Position numbers and translations under genes: made by a program. The notes under the pieces were generated by a model that was not told where the DNA came from, ran no database searches, and was given only the letters and a program-made list of their open reading frames with translations. Below are positions 1-12,755 of a stretch of DNA of 64,000 nt, in pieces. Within the stretch, counting starts at the first letter, position 1. Every line of letters begins with the position of its first letter. Origin of the DNA: Sphaerodactylus townsendi (Eukaryota); NCBI RefSeq assembly GCF_021028975.2, contig NC_059433.1, positions 58,218,001 through 58,282,000 of the forward strand, in the 5' to 3' direction.

Positions 1-1051
1 AACCTTAAAGAATCTTCTTTTCTTCCATTTCCACTCTACCTTATACAGATAAATTAATGATTTTATAGCACTGACCTATAAATGTCTGGTTCTCAGTGAT
101 GTAAATAATAGATACATTTTCTCCTTTTTGTGGGCTTCCGTATCCATTCACATAATTCCCTTCATATACTTAAGCACATTTTGTCACTAAGCACTATTAA
201 AGGAGAAAGATCCAGTACATGGAATGAGTTATAATTCCCCTGCAGTTTCCTAAGTTCAGGTACACAGTAAATGGGATTTGTTTTTAAAAGAGAAAGAAAT
301 CCTGGAACTAATTTTTATGAAATGCATATGATTTACAGATTTTGGGCCAGTGACTGTAAAAGCTGAAAACAGTTTCAGCAACTTGAGCTCATACAAAACC
401 ATGAAACCCCCTGCCAAACCTTCTGCTCCATAGGCACTCCCCCCCCCAAAGAAAAATTCTAGGATTTTCCCAAGCCAGAGTTGGCAATTCTAGTTGATTG
501 TGTGGGTAAGCACTCAAAGGTCTACTTTCTGTGGCCAACTGGCAAAGCTTCACAGACCAGCTCAGTTTGACCTTGCTGCACTGTGCTGACTCACCCACTG
601 GGCCCAAGCATCACAGATCTGGACCTGGGATGCACTTGTAATGGGTCTCTTTGTTCCCATTCCATAGATACTAATAACCTGAGTCATGAAAGAAAATGTC
701 CAAGTTTGTTTCTGGAATATTATCAGGAGATAAAGTCACACTTGTATTTTTCTAGCCTTGCAAGATCATGGATCACAAAAGCCAATTTCTCTGGAACAAA
801 CAGACCAACTTCAAGGTGACTTGTGTGTTCTCATAGTGTAGTGGGGACACCAGCAGTTTGGGAGGAACTCCAACTTTCTGAAACTTCTTGCAGCCCTACT
901 ATAGTCACTGGCAAAAAAAATCTGTACAATTGTATGTAGTTTACCAAAAGTAATTGCAGGATTAGTTTGCTTTCCTTTTTAAAACAATTAATCTCATTTA
1001 CAGTTCAAACCCTTTCCCCCATGCATCATTTTATAAGGGATAATTTCATGG

Positions 1052-1715
1052 CTACTTGTTCTGGTGGGTTTTCCAGGCTGTGTTGCTGTGGTCTGGCGGA
1101 TCTTGTTCCTAATGTTTCGCCTGCATCTGTCACTGGCATCTTCAGAGGTATATCACAGAAGGAAGTCTGTTACCCACTGTGTCCAGTGAAAAGGGAATGT
1201 TTTTGTGTGGTATAAATTGTAATGTCCCCAGGTGGGGAACCAATCAGTAAGTGTTTGAGTGGAACTTGCTATACAAAGGTGTGGTTGATAGTATAGTATT
1301 GCAAGTGGAGGTTTTCAGTCCAGGGAGTGATTCACATTTGCATTCCCTGCAGCAGCAGCAGCAGTATTGGTGAATGCAAATCCTGTGTTTGGGTGGAGTC
1401 CATTGTCCATGAACTTAGCATGCCCTTGAGGTTTGCTTTTGGTGTTTTTAAGTACTGGTACCCAAGCTTTGTTAATTCTCAGAGTCTCTTCTTTCCTGTT
1501 GAAGTTGTTTTGGTGTTTGTGAATTTCAATGACCTTCCTGCGCAGTCTGACAAAGTAACCTTCTGAATTATCCAGAATGTTAGTGTTTTCAAATAAAATG
1601 TTGTGTCCAGTTTTGTTTAAGACATGTTCTGCTACTGCAGATTTTTCAGGATGGCTAAGCCGACAGTGTCTTTCGTGCTCCTTAATACGAGTCTGGATGC
1701 TGTGTTTTGTGGCTA
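1052..1715 (-). mobile_element. Penelope-like retroelement 3' fragment (GIY-YIG endonuclease remnant plus pLTR end)
   Basis: ORF 1315-1767 contains TRIKEHERHCRL..SAVAEH..GH.I.F...ILD...IEIHKH.NNFNR, typical of the PLE GIY-YIG C-terminal half; a hammerhead-like core follows at 1108-1148. Confidence 0.85.
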
Positions 1716-2286
1716 CTTGTTTTATATTGTTTTGATAGCCAGGCATGGATACTATAGATTGATGCAAAAAAAAAAGGATAGTTTACTATTTAGCTTCAAT
1801 TCCTCTCCTAATAGTAATGATATTGCAAAATGGATCAGGTGCTGATAAAGTATGACTATTGTATTTCAAACCCCATTTAAGAGTATTGCTCAACTTTGTC
1901 CCACTGTAATATAAGATAGATATTTTTCATTGAATGTATAGGGCTCAAGACAGCTAATAAATTAAAATTAATTCAATAATAAAATGATTTTTAAAATGCA
2001 CAACCAAAATGCAAGTCTGTGCCTTTTAATGGGGTATGAATGTGCCTTTTGGTGCCTTTTGGGAAGGGAGGGTTTTGGGGTTGCCCTTTTATTTGGTTTT
2101 AGTAAAAAACCAAATTAATTAATTAAAATTAATTAATAAAAATTAATTTAAAAATACATGGTAAAACAGGGTAGGTGCAAGGTGAAGTTCAAGGGGTGGG
2201 CATTCCAAAGGTGAAGTGTTGCTATGGAGAAAGCTCTGCCTATGGTCACCACAAGAAGGGACAAGGAGAGCAGAGTTTGGAATAGA

Positions 2287-2603
2287 GAGGAGGAGGAGGA
2301 GGAGGAGGAGGAGGAGGAGGAGATTGAATTTATACTCCACCTTTCTCTCCTGTAAGGAGACTCGAGGTGGCTTACAAGCTCTTTTACCTTCTTCTCCCCA
2401 CAACAGACACCTTGTGAGATAGGTGCGGCTGAGAGGATTCCGAACAACTGTGACTAGTCCAAGGTCACTCAGCAGGAATGTAGGAGAGCAGAAACACATC
2501 TGGTTCACCAGATAAGCCTCTGCCACTCAGATGGAGAAGTGGGGAATCAAACCCAGTTCTCCAGATTAGAATCCACCTGCTCTTAACTACTACATCAAGC
2601 TGG
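2287..2603 (-). mobile_element. tRNA-derived squamate SINE (Squam3-like) with (CCT)n tail
   Basis: Reverse complement of the family seen at 53691; (GAG)n microsatellite at 2287-2321 is the tail. Confidence 0.8.
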
Positions 2604-4286
2604 TTAGCGTATTAACTGGCAGGCTAGACAGTACAGGAGGAGACAGAGATTTTTCCTCTATTTATTGAGTGTTAAAAGTACTTTGAATTTAATTCCTAGC
2701 TTTGCACAGAGTCTCTTTAACCTTATACTAACTGCTCAGCCTTTGTTTAAAATGTTCAAGGAGCTAATCTGTATCTTTTCCCCAATTGAAGCATTAGTGA
2801 TGATTCCCAGTGGGAAAGAGATAATACAAGGCACTATTCTTTCCAAATGAATAGTATTTTTAACTGAAATCTTTTTTTTCTCTCTTTAATGCTGAATGGG
2901 CAGCTATTTGTTTCTTACAGAAAACCTGGCAGGAGGTATCTTTGCTGGGACCTTGTAAATAACATTCCTTGTAATGAATTAACATGCATTTTAATGTCCA
3001 GGTTTTCATTTTATTTGCCTGAAAGACCCATGACAGCTTATTTATTTGAGCCTTATTTCTCCATTCTCTGCCTAGAACAGATAATGACCCAGCATTACAG
3101 AAATTAGGTTCCGTTCCTGCAGACACAAGTAATTGTGAGCACTGATTCAAAAAGACAGGTCTCTTCAAGTGTTGTAATATTGTAAACAGGGACTTGACAT
3201 GGTAGGGCTCAGTGATTATAAATTGTTATACTTGGTAAAGAGACTTCCTTTTAAGAGAAAGAGAAAGAGTTTTGATAGTAACTCAAATGAAAACCAAAAG
3301 AAAAATAATAGGAGACCACTCCTAAAATAATGAATGTATAAAACATGGGGTAGTCAGAAAACTCCTAAATGCTATTTGAAGCTGTCATTCTTGCATGAAT
3401 GTTAACAGAGATGGAACAAGGTAAATTTCCCTATATAGAGAAAATTCTATATCTTAAAGGAAATAATGGAAAACCTTTGTCCCTGTCAGCAGTCACAAAA
3501 TGGCTTTCACTAATCTTGAATGAGGTCCAGTTACCACACTAGAATCTTGTCCTAATTGATAGGTAAAGTGTTATAGCCACAGATGTAATCTGTCAGTGGC
3601 TAAAATTTTTCTACTGGTACATTGTTTATTCTAACCCCCTACTTTTACTGTAGGTCAGTTGAGGTACATGACATTCCTGTGTTTTGCCCACATGGCTACA
3701 TCAGTACAGTCTGGTTTCCATGGGAAATTTAAACAGAAAAAGATCTGGCTTCAGAATTGCAGAGAGGAGCAATCATAATCATTTGCCTTAAAATTTCTCA
3801 GTTCCACTTATAGGTCCCTCAACATCTTTCGGAATCTTTATGAAGTTGTGAAAACTGGTGTCGATTAGAAGCGTCAACACCAGCTAGTATTTTGGGGTAA
3901 TAGTGCAGGACATGTTATAGAAATCAGGATGTTACATACTGGTTGATTCTGCACAGCAAATGTATAATAGATTGCAGTTGTTATACAGGAATCTGTTTTC
4001 CTTTTTTCTATTCACATGCATGCTGTTCAGACAGCGATTGGAGCCCATGGAAACAATCTGGGTTGCTTTTGCACCTGCGCACAGAGACACTTCTCTCTCT
4101 TTTTTTAATTCCCTCAACACATGCGTAGCTGTGCAAACATACAGAAATTAACCCCCACAGCCATGCTGATTGTTCACAATACGATGGACCACACCTGCAT
4201 AGCTGCGCAAGTTCAACACAAAAAATAAATAAATAAAAGGGGACCTCCCTGCAATGGCAGGCCAATGGCAGGCTGATTCTCCCTGA

Positions 4287-4645
4287 CTGGAGAAGCAAAG
4301 GTTAAGGGGAGACATGATAGCTATGTTTAAATATTTGAAGGGATGCCATGCTGAAGAGGAAGCAAGCTTGTTTTTTGCTGGCTCAGAGACTAGAACATGG
4401 AGTAATGGATTCAAGGTGCAGGAAAAGAGATTCCACCTAAGCATTAGGAAGAACTTCCTGACTGTCAGGACTATTCGACAGTGGAATTCACTGCCTCGGA
4501 GAGTTGTGGAGTTTTCTTCTTTGGAGGTTTTTAAACACAGGCTGGGTGAACATATGTCGGGAGTGCTTTGATTGTGTGTTCCTGCATTGCAGGGGGTTGG
4601 ACTTGATGGCCCTTGTGGTCTCTTCCAACCCTATGATTCTATGAC
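4287..4645 (+). mobile_element. CR1 LINE 3' fragment
   Basis: ORF 4314-4571 (FKYLKG..RKNFLTVR..WNSLP..LEVFK.RL) is the CR1 ORF2 C-terminus; ends in the CTATGATTCTATGA CR1 tail. Confidence 0.92.
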
Positions 4646-6840
4646 TGTGGGTGGCCCAATGGAAGGGACGGAAATAAAGTGCAGCTCCTGCCTGGCCATT
4701 TGTGCAGGAGTGGTTCCAATCCAGGATTTTGCAAAAGGATTACTGGTTTAACAATTTTTGAAAATTCCAGGTTGAAATAAATAAAATGGGAAAGACTCAT
4801 TTTGGGACTTGTGTGAAGTCCCCCCTCCTCCAAATAGTTCGTATTGTGTCCTATCCCCATTATATTTGCCCTCTGTGGAATCCATCACTGTTTGTTTAAA
4901 CTTTTCCATGGAATTTATAGAAGCCGTACTTAAATTACAGTTTCTTACCCAAATGATTTCAGTTGACTTTAAAAGGTGTAGCACTCCATAGTATTGTACT
5001 GTTAAAGCTTTCTTAAAATCTATAATTATGTATATATGCTGTTGGGATCACAGCCACTCTTAGCTCCCCAATAGTGCATACAGGGTTTGTGGGGGGGGGG
5101 GGGGTTAAAGGCAGGTATATACCCTCTCATATGCGAGGGTAACATCTGTACTTCACCATACTTGTGAGTAGACACTGTATAAATCCTTACAACATTATGG
5201 TTTGACCTGCAATAAAAATCGTAACACTGAAAATAGGCTACTGGATATAATTTAGAAAGTTACCGAAATTGTGTTTCAGGAAGCTGAGTGTATGCAAGTA
5301 GGCCTTTCTTCTAGTAGAAGCGTGACCATCAAATATCATTGTTTGACACGTCTTCACGTGTCTTCCAAGAAGGCAATGTATGAAGTGTGTCAGGTCTAAA
5401 CACCAACCATTAGTTTTCAGCATGGACAGATAAACTGGTTAATATATCTAAAAAGAGATTCAAAAAGCTAGTATTTTGGGATAAATATAAATATTCTAGC
5501 TGTTGACAAGTTTAAACTGAGTCTGTAAGCTATTGAATTGCTGAAAAGAAATCATCATTATCCAGAGATATTATGACATATTGTTCTGGAGTTTCTGAAA
5601 GGCACACTGACTGATGGGTATGCACTTCATTAAATTGTATGTAATCTCTTCTGAAATACTTAGTGTATATTTCTTAAGGAGAAAAGTATGCTCAGCTAGA
5701 CTTGATTACAGTGGCAATCCATATCTTGTGACACAAGTAATTAGTACTCTCTGAAAGCTCTTGATAAAAATTGACAAGATAGACTCCTGCTTAAATGATA
5801 AAATATAGATTCCAGGGCTAAACATAGATTTGGGCAAATGCTGGTTAACACAGATAAAGTAGTGTGATTTGGGGGAAAAAAATACTATGTGTGTTAATGA
5901 CCAGTGAATTGTTTTCACTAGATTCAGGTGCCTTAGTTAGCTCTAGGGTACAATCACCCAACTAGGACATTGGTTCTAGAAAGGTTTCCTCAGTCCTCAG
6001 TCAGCAAAATTTTCAACTGTCAATTTTTGGTGTAATATCTGCCAAGTGTCTCTTGACTTGCAACAGTGGCTTGACTGTCATATACATGATCACTTCTGCA
6101 TTCTGTTCTTCCACAATAAGTTCTGGTTGGCACTGTCCAGTTTTCTTACCACAAATTTAACCTTTTGTTAATTCACTATATCCCATACACTGCAATGCTC
6201 CAATACTTATGTGATCATTAAACTATTTGGAATTTCAAATTCCAACCAACATTACTAGCTGTTCTAAAACTTCTGACATTTTCTGACTGTGTTCATTTTA
6301 TAGGTTATTCTAGGTGACTTCTAGGTATGAATAGTTACACTTGTGGTACAATAATTTCAAATAGTTCACGTTACATAGTACCAAGATAAGATTAGTCATT
6401 ATGACTTGGGCCTGTAATCTGCAGCAGCAAATCCTGTTCACTAGGACAGGATACAAGCAGGAACTCTGATATCATATTACAGTATTTTCCAAGTAATAAG
6501 TTTGATCCAAACGTCATTGAAGCAAATAGGATGTATAATCACCCAGCAAATAGTCTTGCATCAAATTGCCTTTTTCTTGAATTGTTGACAATATGAGATA
6601 GTTAAATAGCCATTAACTGAAGAAAGAAGCCCGTTAAAAATGTTTGACTGGAATGTCATGAGAATTTTTCAACCATCAGCAAAGCAGTGCTAGACATAGT
6701 TGGAGAGGTTCACCCACACTATTCACCCATTTTTACAATGGCTGCACAATGAGCTATTTTGCTTCTTAGGTTTGAAACTTGGAAATAATGAGACCTTCGC
6801 TGCAACCTAAATCTACAGTACTCTTCCCTCTGAAAACCCT

Positions 6841-6980
6841 GGCTCATTCCGCACATGCAGAATAATGCATTTTCAAACTGCTTTCAATGCTCTTTGAAGC
6901 TGTGCGGAATGGCAAAATCCACTTGCAAACAGTTGTGAAAGTGGTTTGAAAACGCATTATTTTGCGTGTGCGGAAGGGCC
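6841..6980. mobile_element. PIF/Harbinger-like MITE
   Basis: Inverted ends GGCTCATTCCGCACATGCAGAATAATGC / GCATTATTTTGCGTGTGCGGAAGGGCC; TSD ambiguous. Confidence 0.7.
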
Positions 6981-8429
6981 CCCTGATTCTCTAAAGGCTA
7001 CTCTGTCTTTTCCATGTGGGGATCCAGATTGTGCCCATAACATAGAACTAAATAAAGGATCATCATACTAAATTTGAGTACTTTTAAAGGACTGATTTAC
7101 AACAAATATTGTTCTAAAATTGCAATTCTGAAAAAGACTGATAGGCACAATCTGAATTAGGAAAATTATGCTTCAAAGGAGCCCTTACAGAATAAATTCC
7201 ATTTATCGCCTGGTGAAATGATTTACAGCAAGATTAACACAGAATAGGAAAGAAAGCATACTGAGTAGAAATAATTGGTCCCCACAATGACTGTTTCCTC
7301 AGCTATGTACTTGAATTTACTATTCTTCATCTCAAAATACCACTGAACCCTTGCTGGAATAACTTCAGTGCTCAATATTGCTTCAGGCTTGCCTGCTGGG
7401 CAATTACTCAAACAGCTTTGCATGAAAAGGATTTCCACTGCTCAAACATCTGTTGGGGCTTAGTTTACTTTACATTAGCTTTTATTAATTTATGTCCTGT
7501 ACGGTAGCATGGTATGAAACGACTGCTGGCCTTTAAAAATAGAGATAACTTGGATTTTAATACCATCTTTAAGTGTTGTAATATTGTAAGTCTTTAAGTA
7601 TTGTAACTTTGTAAGTCTCAAATCAGAATCTTTTGCAAGAGAAGTTAAAGTTTTATAATACCTGAAGGTAGGCACTGCAGGTACATCCCCCAAAAAGCTA
7701 TTGTTTCTGGTAATCACAATGTACCAGCAGTTGTCATAGACAGCCACAGTTAAGGAAAAATGTTCATGAACCCAGGTGTTACCAGGGAAAATGGAGCCTG
7801 GGGCAAAATCTGAGTTTTCCGCCTCTGCCCCTCCCCAATGGGCAGCCACCCTCCCCCCATGACCAAGGGCCATCCTCCCCCACTACAACTAAAGAACGAT
7901 TTTTTGCACCAAGTCATCTCAAAGCCACCATCACATTATAGAACATGTCTCAATTCACAAATCTGAACACAGTAATGGGCCATGGCTCACAGCAGAGATT
8001 AAAAAATGACAACATTTTCAAGATGCTTTCAAAATGTTTAACACCTGTTATAACACTTAAAAGTATCATATGTCATATGACTTAAAATGCTTTCAAAATG
8101 TTTTATTACTGTTATGAATAATGTTTTATTACCCTCCACTCATTCCTTTGCATTTCTCCCAAGCACTGCCAGAAATAATAGCCAATTTGGATTAATATCA
8201 AACCTGCCTAAACAGTCCACAGTACAAGCAGACCTGAATTTCCATCTCTTCCTCTGAATGCCTATTTCACACTTGTATCTACAAGAACTCCAAGCACTGC
8301 AGATTCATCCTCTAATTGCTAAGGGTGCAGCCCAAAGTAACCCCTGGATGACCCAAAGGTTGTCTCAATGCAGACAGAAAGTCCTCTGTCTAATGATTTT
8401 GTGCCCTGCAATAAACTAAATTGTGATTT

Positions 8430-8681
8430 GTTTGATTCCCCACCCCGCTCCTCCTTGTGAGTGGCAGAGTCTTATCTGGTGAACCAGATTTGATTCCCCT
8501 CCTCCTACATGAAGCCTGCTGGATGACTTTCCGCTAATCACTGTTCTTCAGAACTCTCCCAACCCCACCTGCTTCACAAGGTTTCTGTTGTAGGGAGAGG
8601 ATGGGAAAGGAGTTTGTAAGCCCCTTTGAGTCTCCTTCAGGACAGAAAGGGGAAGGTTATAAATCCAAACTCTTCTTCTTC
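8430..8681 (+). mobile_element. Squam3-like SINE, 5'-truncated
   Basis: cttatctggtgaaccagattt...aaatccaaactcttcttctt, shared with the other copies. Confidence 0.75.
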
Positions 8682-9977
8682 TAGGTTGGTAAAATCAGAG
8701 ACAACAGTCTTGTAATATGTTTCTTTATAAGGTATTCCCCATAGTCATATATCAGATTATAATTATTATGAGAACAGTTGTAGAATAGTCAATTAACTGT
8801 CAGTACTTTTGCTTTACTTTTCTTCACAATTGTGTGTCAGTATGCTATTACAAGAACAGTCTCATAAGCTACTTTATTTTATTTCCATCTTGAGAGAATC
8901 CTCTTTGATACTCTTCACTTCATGCAGAGGAATCTTTGAGATGCCTCAACAGTTCATAAAATAACAAGCACAATTTTATATTGGTTATTCTTCACTACTC
9001 TGAAGTTTGTAGGAGCAGGGGAGCCTTTTGTATGGAGAGCATAATCCAGTGTTTTACTAAAAAAAAGGGTTGCTGCAGTTTCAAATTATATTCAAGAAAA
9101 TTTTTTTTAAAGGGAGTTGTATTTCTGTAGATATTTGTCCTGGATCACACTAACAATGCCACTGCCATGCCACCTCTAGAGGGCTTTCAAATGGCACAGA
9201 GGAAACAAACAAACAAAGCCCTGGTGCCTGAAAGCCCTCCATAGGACTAATGGAGATACAACATCCTTGTAGGTTACATACTTCAAGGCTCAGGGCGCCA
9301 TGTTCCCAACCTTAGATCCCAGAATGTTCCAGCTGCCCCATCATGCCAGCATCCAATTGGATATCAGTATTCCTCTGTGTTGGTGGCCACTTCCTGGTTT
9401 CACCACTGCATAGCTGAGGAGTGTCCAGCCACCTCTGCCTTTACCCTCTCCACTGGCAAGGGATGTCCCTTGCACCAGCGGAGGGGTCAAAAGCACTGCT
9501 GCCACCATGCACTAGCTCCATTGGCCAATTCATGCCACCCCCCTATAGGATTGGGCTGCCAAGATTATTTAGATAACCCGTTAGATATCCCTTCAAAATA
9601 GCTAACCAGGCTCATTAGCAAGGCAGGACAGTCTTTTCTTGCCATTTGGGCATAGGTGATAGTGGCCTTTTTATCTCTGAAGATGATAAGATAATAGAGG
9701 CCTTTTCATCTCTGGCACCAAAATAGGTCCCCAAGAAGGTCTGTACTTGAATAGTCGGCATTAAACAATATCAGAAACTACTGCTATTCTAACAAGTATT
9801 TACTTTGTCATTTTGAGCTGGAGCAGCTCTAAAAATGTTTGGGCTGTATTGATTCTTTAAACCTATTTCCTCTACATTGATGTTACTGTTTTGGTTTTTA
9901 AGATGTTATAGGCCAACTTGAGATCTGGTAACAAGCAAGGTATATGTATTTTCATGAATAAATATAGTGTCTCATAT

Positions 9978-10175
9978 CAGTGGCGTAATGCCAACGGGGC
10001 CGGGTGGGGTGCGATGCCCCAGGTGGAGCAGCGGAGGGGGCATGGCCAGGCCACAGAGGGGGCATGGCGTGACATTCTGTGGGTGTTCCGGGGCAGGGTG
10101 GGGGCAGATAGCGCTGAGGCAGGGGCACAGGGAGCGCGTGCACCTCGGGCACAATTCCCCCTTGCTCCACCTCTG
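9978..10175. mobile_element. hAT-type MITE
   Basis: CAGTGGCGTA...CTCCACCTCTG ends, GC-rich body, imperfect 8-bp TSD (tctcatat/tctctgat). Confidence 0.65.
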
Positions 10176-11656
10176 TCTCTGATATTTAGGGCTTTCTTTA
10201 GTTTATGTGGCTAGTATCCTTCAATAGGCCTATTTGATGTGAACTTGTCTGCAGATGTACTAGTTTCCTTAATCTTTTCAGCTTCATCTTTAAGCAATCA
10301 GAGCTAAATGCATTATACTAAGTTGTATGAGCTAGTAGCTACTTACTTTCATTACTATTTTCACACTGAAACATTTGATATGATACTCTCTCCAAGGCTT
10401 GAGAACTCTGTAAAACTAGCTGATGTAAAGAAACTGCCTCATTTGCATGATTCTCATTGTGGGCTTGCATTTAACATGTAAAAAAGGAACACTTATAGGC
10501 AAATTTTTGGCACTAGGTCAGTGCCTAAAATTGGTAGGCTTTGAGAGAAACAATTACAAGGAGAGTTTCCTAATGCTTAGCTATTTACTGTAAACGTGGA
10601 CTGTGATTAAGAAAAGGATACATGTCAAAAGTAGACATGTTTCTGACCATAGAAAGTAACAGATTATAGGATTGTACTCTTAGTTGCTTAAATTAATTGT
10701 TCCGTCAACTTAGCAGATTGTTCTATCCATCATTTCATTATTTATACCAAATACTTCTTTAATTCAAAATATTCAGAATGGTATGCCTTATCTAGAAAAG
10801 TTTCATTAAACCTTCAGGAAACCTGGCATTCTAGATTTGGTATTTTAGATTATCCATCTGCGATTGATTTCATCTCAAGAAATATTAAAATGGTGTTTCA
10901 TTTGCAGATTACAAATGTTGGCATGTTTGTCGTTCTGCAAATGTCAATCTTAAAATCAGCCATTTGTCAGTGAGAAAATTAACACTTGATACTGCAAACA
11001 TTTCCTGTGTAATTCCATTTGTTTGCAAAGTTGTAATATCTTCAGTTTTTAGAAGGTTCATTCCATAAAAGGCCCATGGAATAAGGATGCATTTGTACTG
11101 ACTTGCCCAAGGTTGCCAGTTCTGGATTGGGAACAGCAGGGTGCAATGCCATTGAATCTACTTTTGTTCTCTGTGGTCTGGATTCAGTTCTAATTCTGGA
11201 GATATCCAGACCCCACCTGGGGGTTGGCAGTGCTACTGACTAATGGTAATGCCACTTGATCTGCCCCATCCACTGATGTGTTTACATGTTACCAGTGGTA
11301 TTACATAAACTATTGTTGGAAGATCCTGAGGGACTTCGGTGTGGTTTTGATTCTTCAGAGAGGCTGTAATAATGAAACAGAATAATGGAACAAAACAGAA
11401 AATAGCAGATTCTGTACTCTGGCAAAGAAGTTGTTTATGATTGCCTTTTTTTCAAAAACCGCATTCTCCTCATTGAGTAAGGCGATGAGGGTAAATGTGG
11501 ACTAGGAAAAAGGATGAGAAATAATTTAACTACAGTGACATGCCAGCCTGAGAATGACAAAAAATTAAGTAATTTAAGACTGAAGTTAATATGAGAATGA
11601 AGTTCTGTTTATGCTTGAAAAGATATGTACAGTTGTGTTCTGAAAACATATAGAGA

Positions 11657-12755
11657 TGTGGGGCCAGGGCCGCTCTCTGGTCCTACACAGCTGAGTTAGT
11701 TTTAAGAAAAACTAAGTTAGAAATAAAAGCAAAAGACATCTGACATTAGAAACAAACAGACAGTTTTTACTTTGCAGAATGTAGATAAGATTACAGAATG
11801 TGAACTCTCCCGAGGAAGAGACACGCCCTTGGTGCCCTCGAGTGATAGACACGGATTTTAGAACGTTACAGAATACAGATAAGTTACAGAAGGTGACCTC
11901 TCCCGAGGGAGAGGCCCTGGTGCTCTCAAACGAGAGACACGCCCCCTTTCGGGTGGCTCTCAAGTGAGAGTCACGTCCAGCATATGAAAACCTGAATTTT
12001 TGTAGATGCAAAGACGTCACACAGTCCTCCCCTTTTGTTCCACATATTATGATTCATATACCTTAAAAATCTAATTGGATAGATCTGGTCACATGAAGAC
12101 AGCCCATATTCCTACGTATCCACATTCCTTCTGTAATTCAAACGCTACATGCTGTTAGTTTATGGCCTCTATGCATATACAAAGAACAGCCATCAAGGTA
12201 GCTTGTTGTCTTCAAGAAAAACCCGTTTTGCTAAGTTTCTCCCAGAGAGAGCTATACCTCCAGGGCATTGCAGGTTTGAATGTACATACATTCCTTTAGA
12301 TCATAAAACTTACTTTTCCCAGCATGAAATGTTTCTAACTATTCCCCAGTTTGAAATGTTAAAACATGGGTTACAAGACTTATACAATGATTTTAACAAT
12401 TATAGAACTATAGTAAAATACAAATACATGTGAATCACTTATCATTTATGTGTTCATTTAACTATATAGAAAAACACTTTGTAATTTAACTAATCACATT
12501 CATTTCTAACCCAAAAACAAGGTAATAAAAGTGCATCTGTCTGCTTGTAGGCCCTCAGTGCCAAGATGTCAAAGATGTTATCTTGCTTGCTGGCATAGTC
12601 ACTAGCAAGCTGCTGGTAACATTCCTTTTTGACCTATTGCAAAACTGCAGGCTTTTGGTCACTTACACAGAAGCTCCCATTTTGATTCTTTGCAAATCCT
12701 TGGTTCTATAACCTAATCAAATACAAATTTATACACATTCTGGCCTGTCCCCACA
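11657..12755. mobile_element. Solo LTR (ERV1- or Gypsy-type)
   Basis: TGTGGGG...CCCCACA inverted termini, 4-bp TSD GAGA (11653-56, 12756-59), internal direct repeats at about 11790-11950. Confidence 0.7.

Noticed and set aside
10501-10532. Short hairpin ttttggcact-aggtc-agtgcctaaaa
   Set aside because: Too short for a pre-miRNA and compatible with chance.
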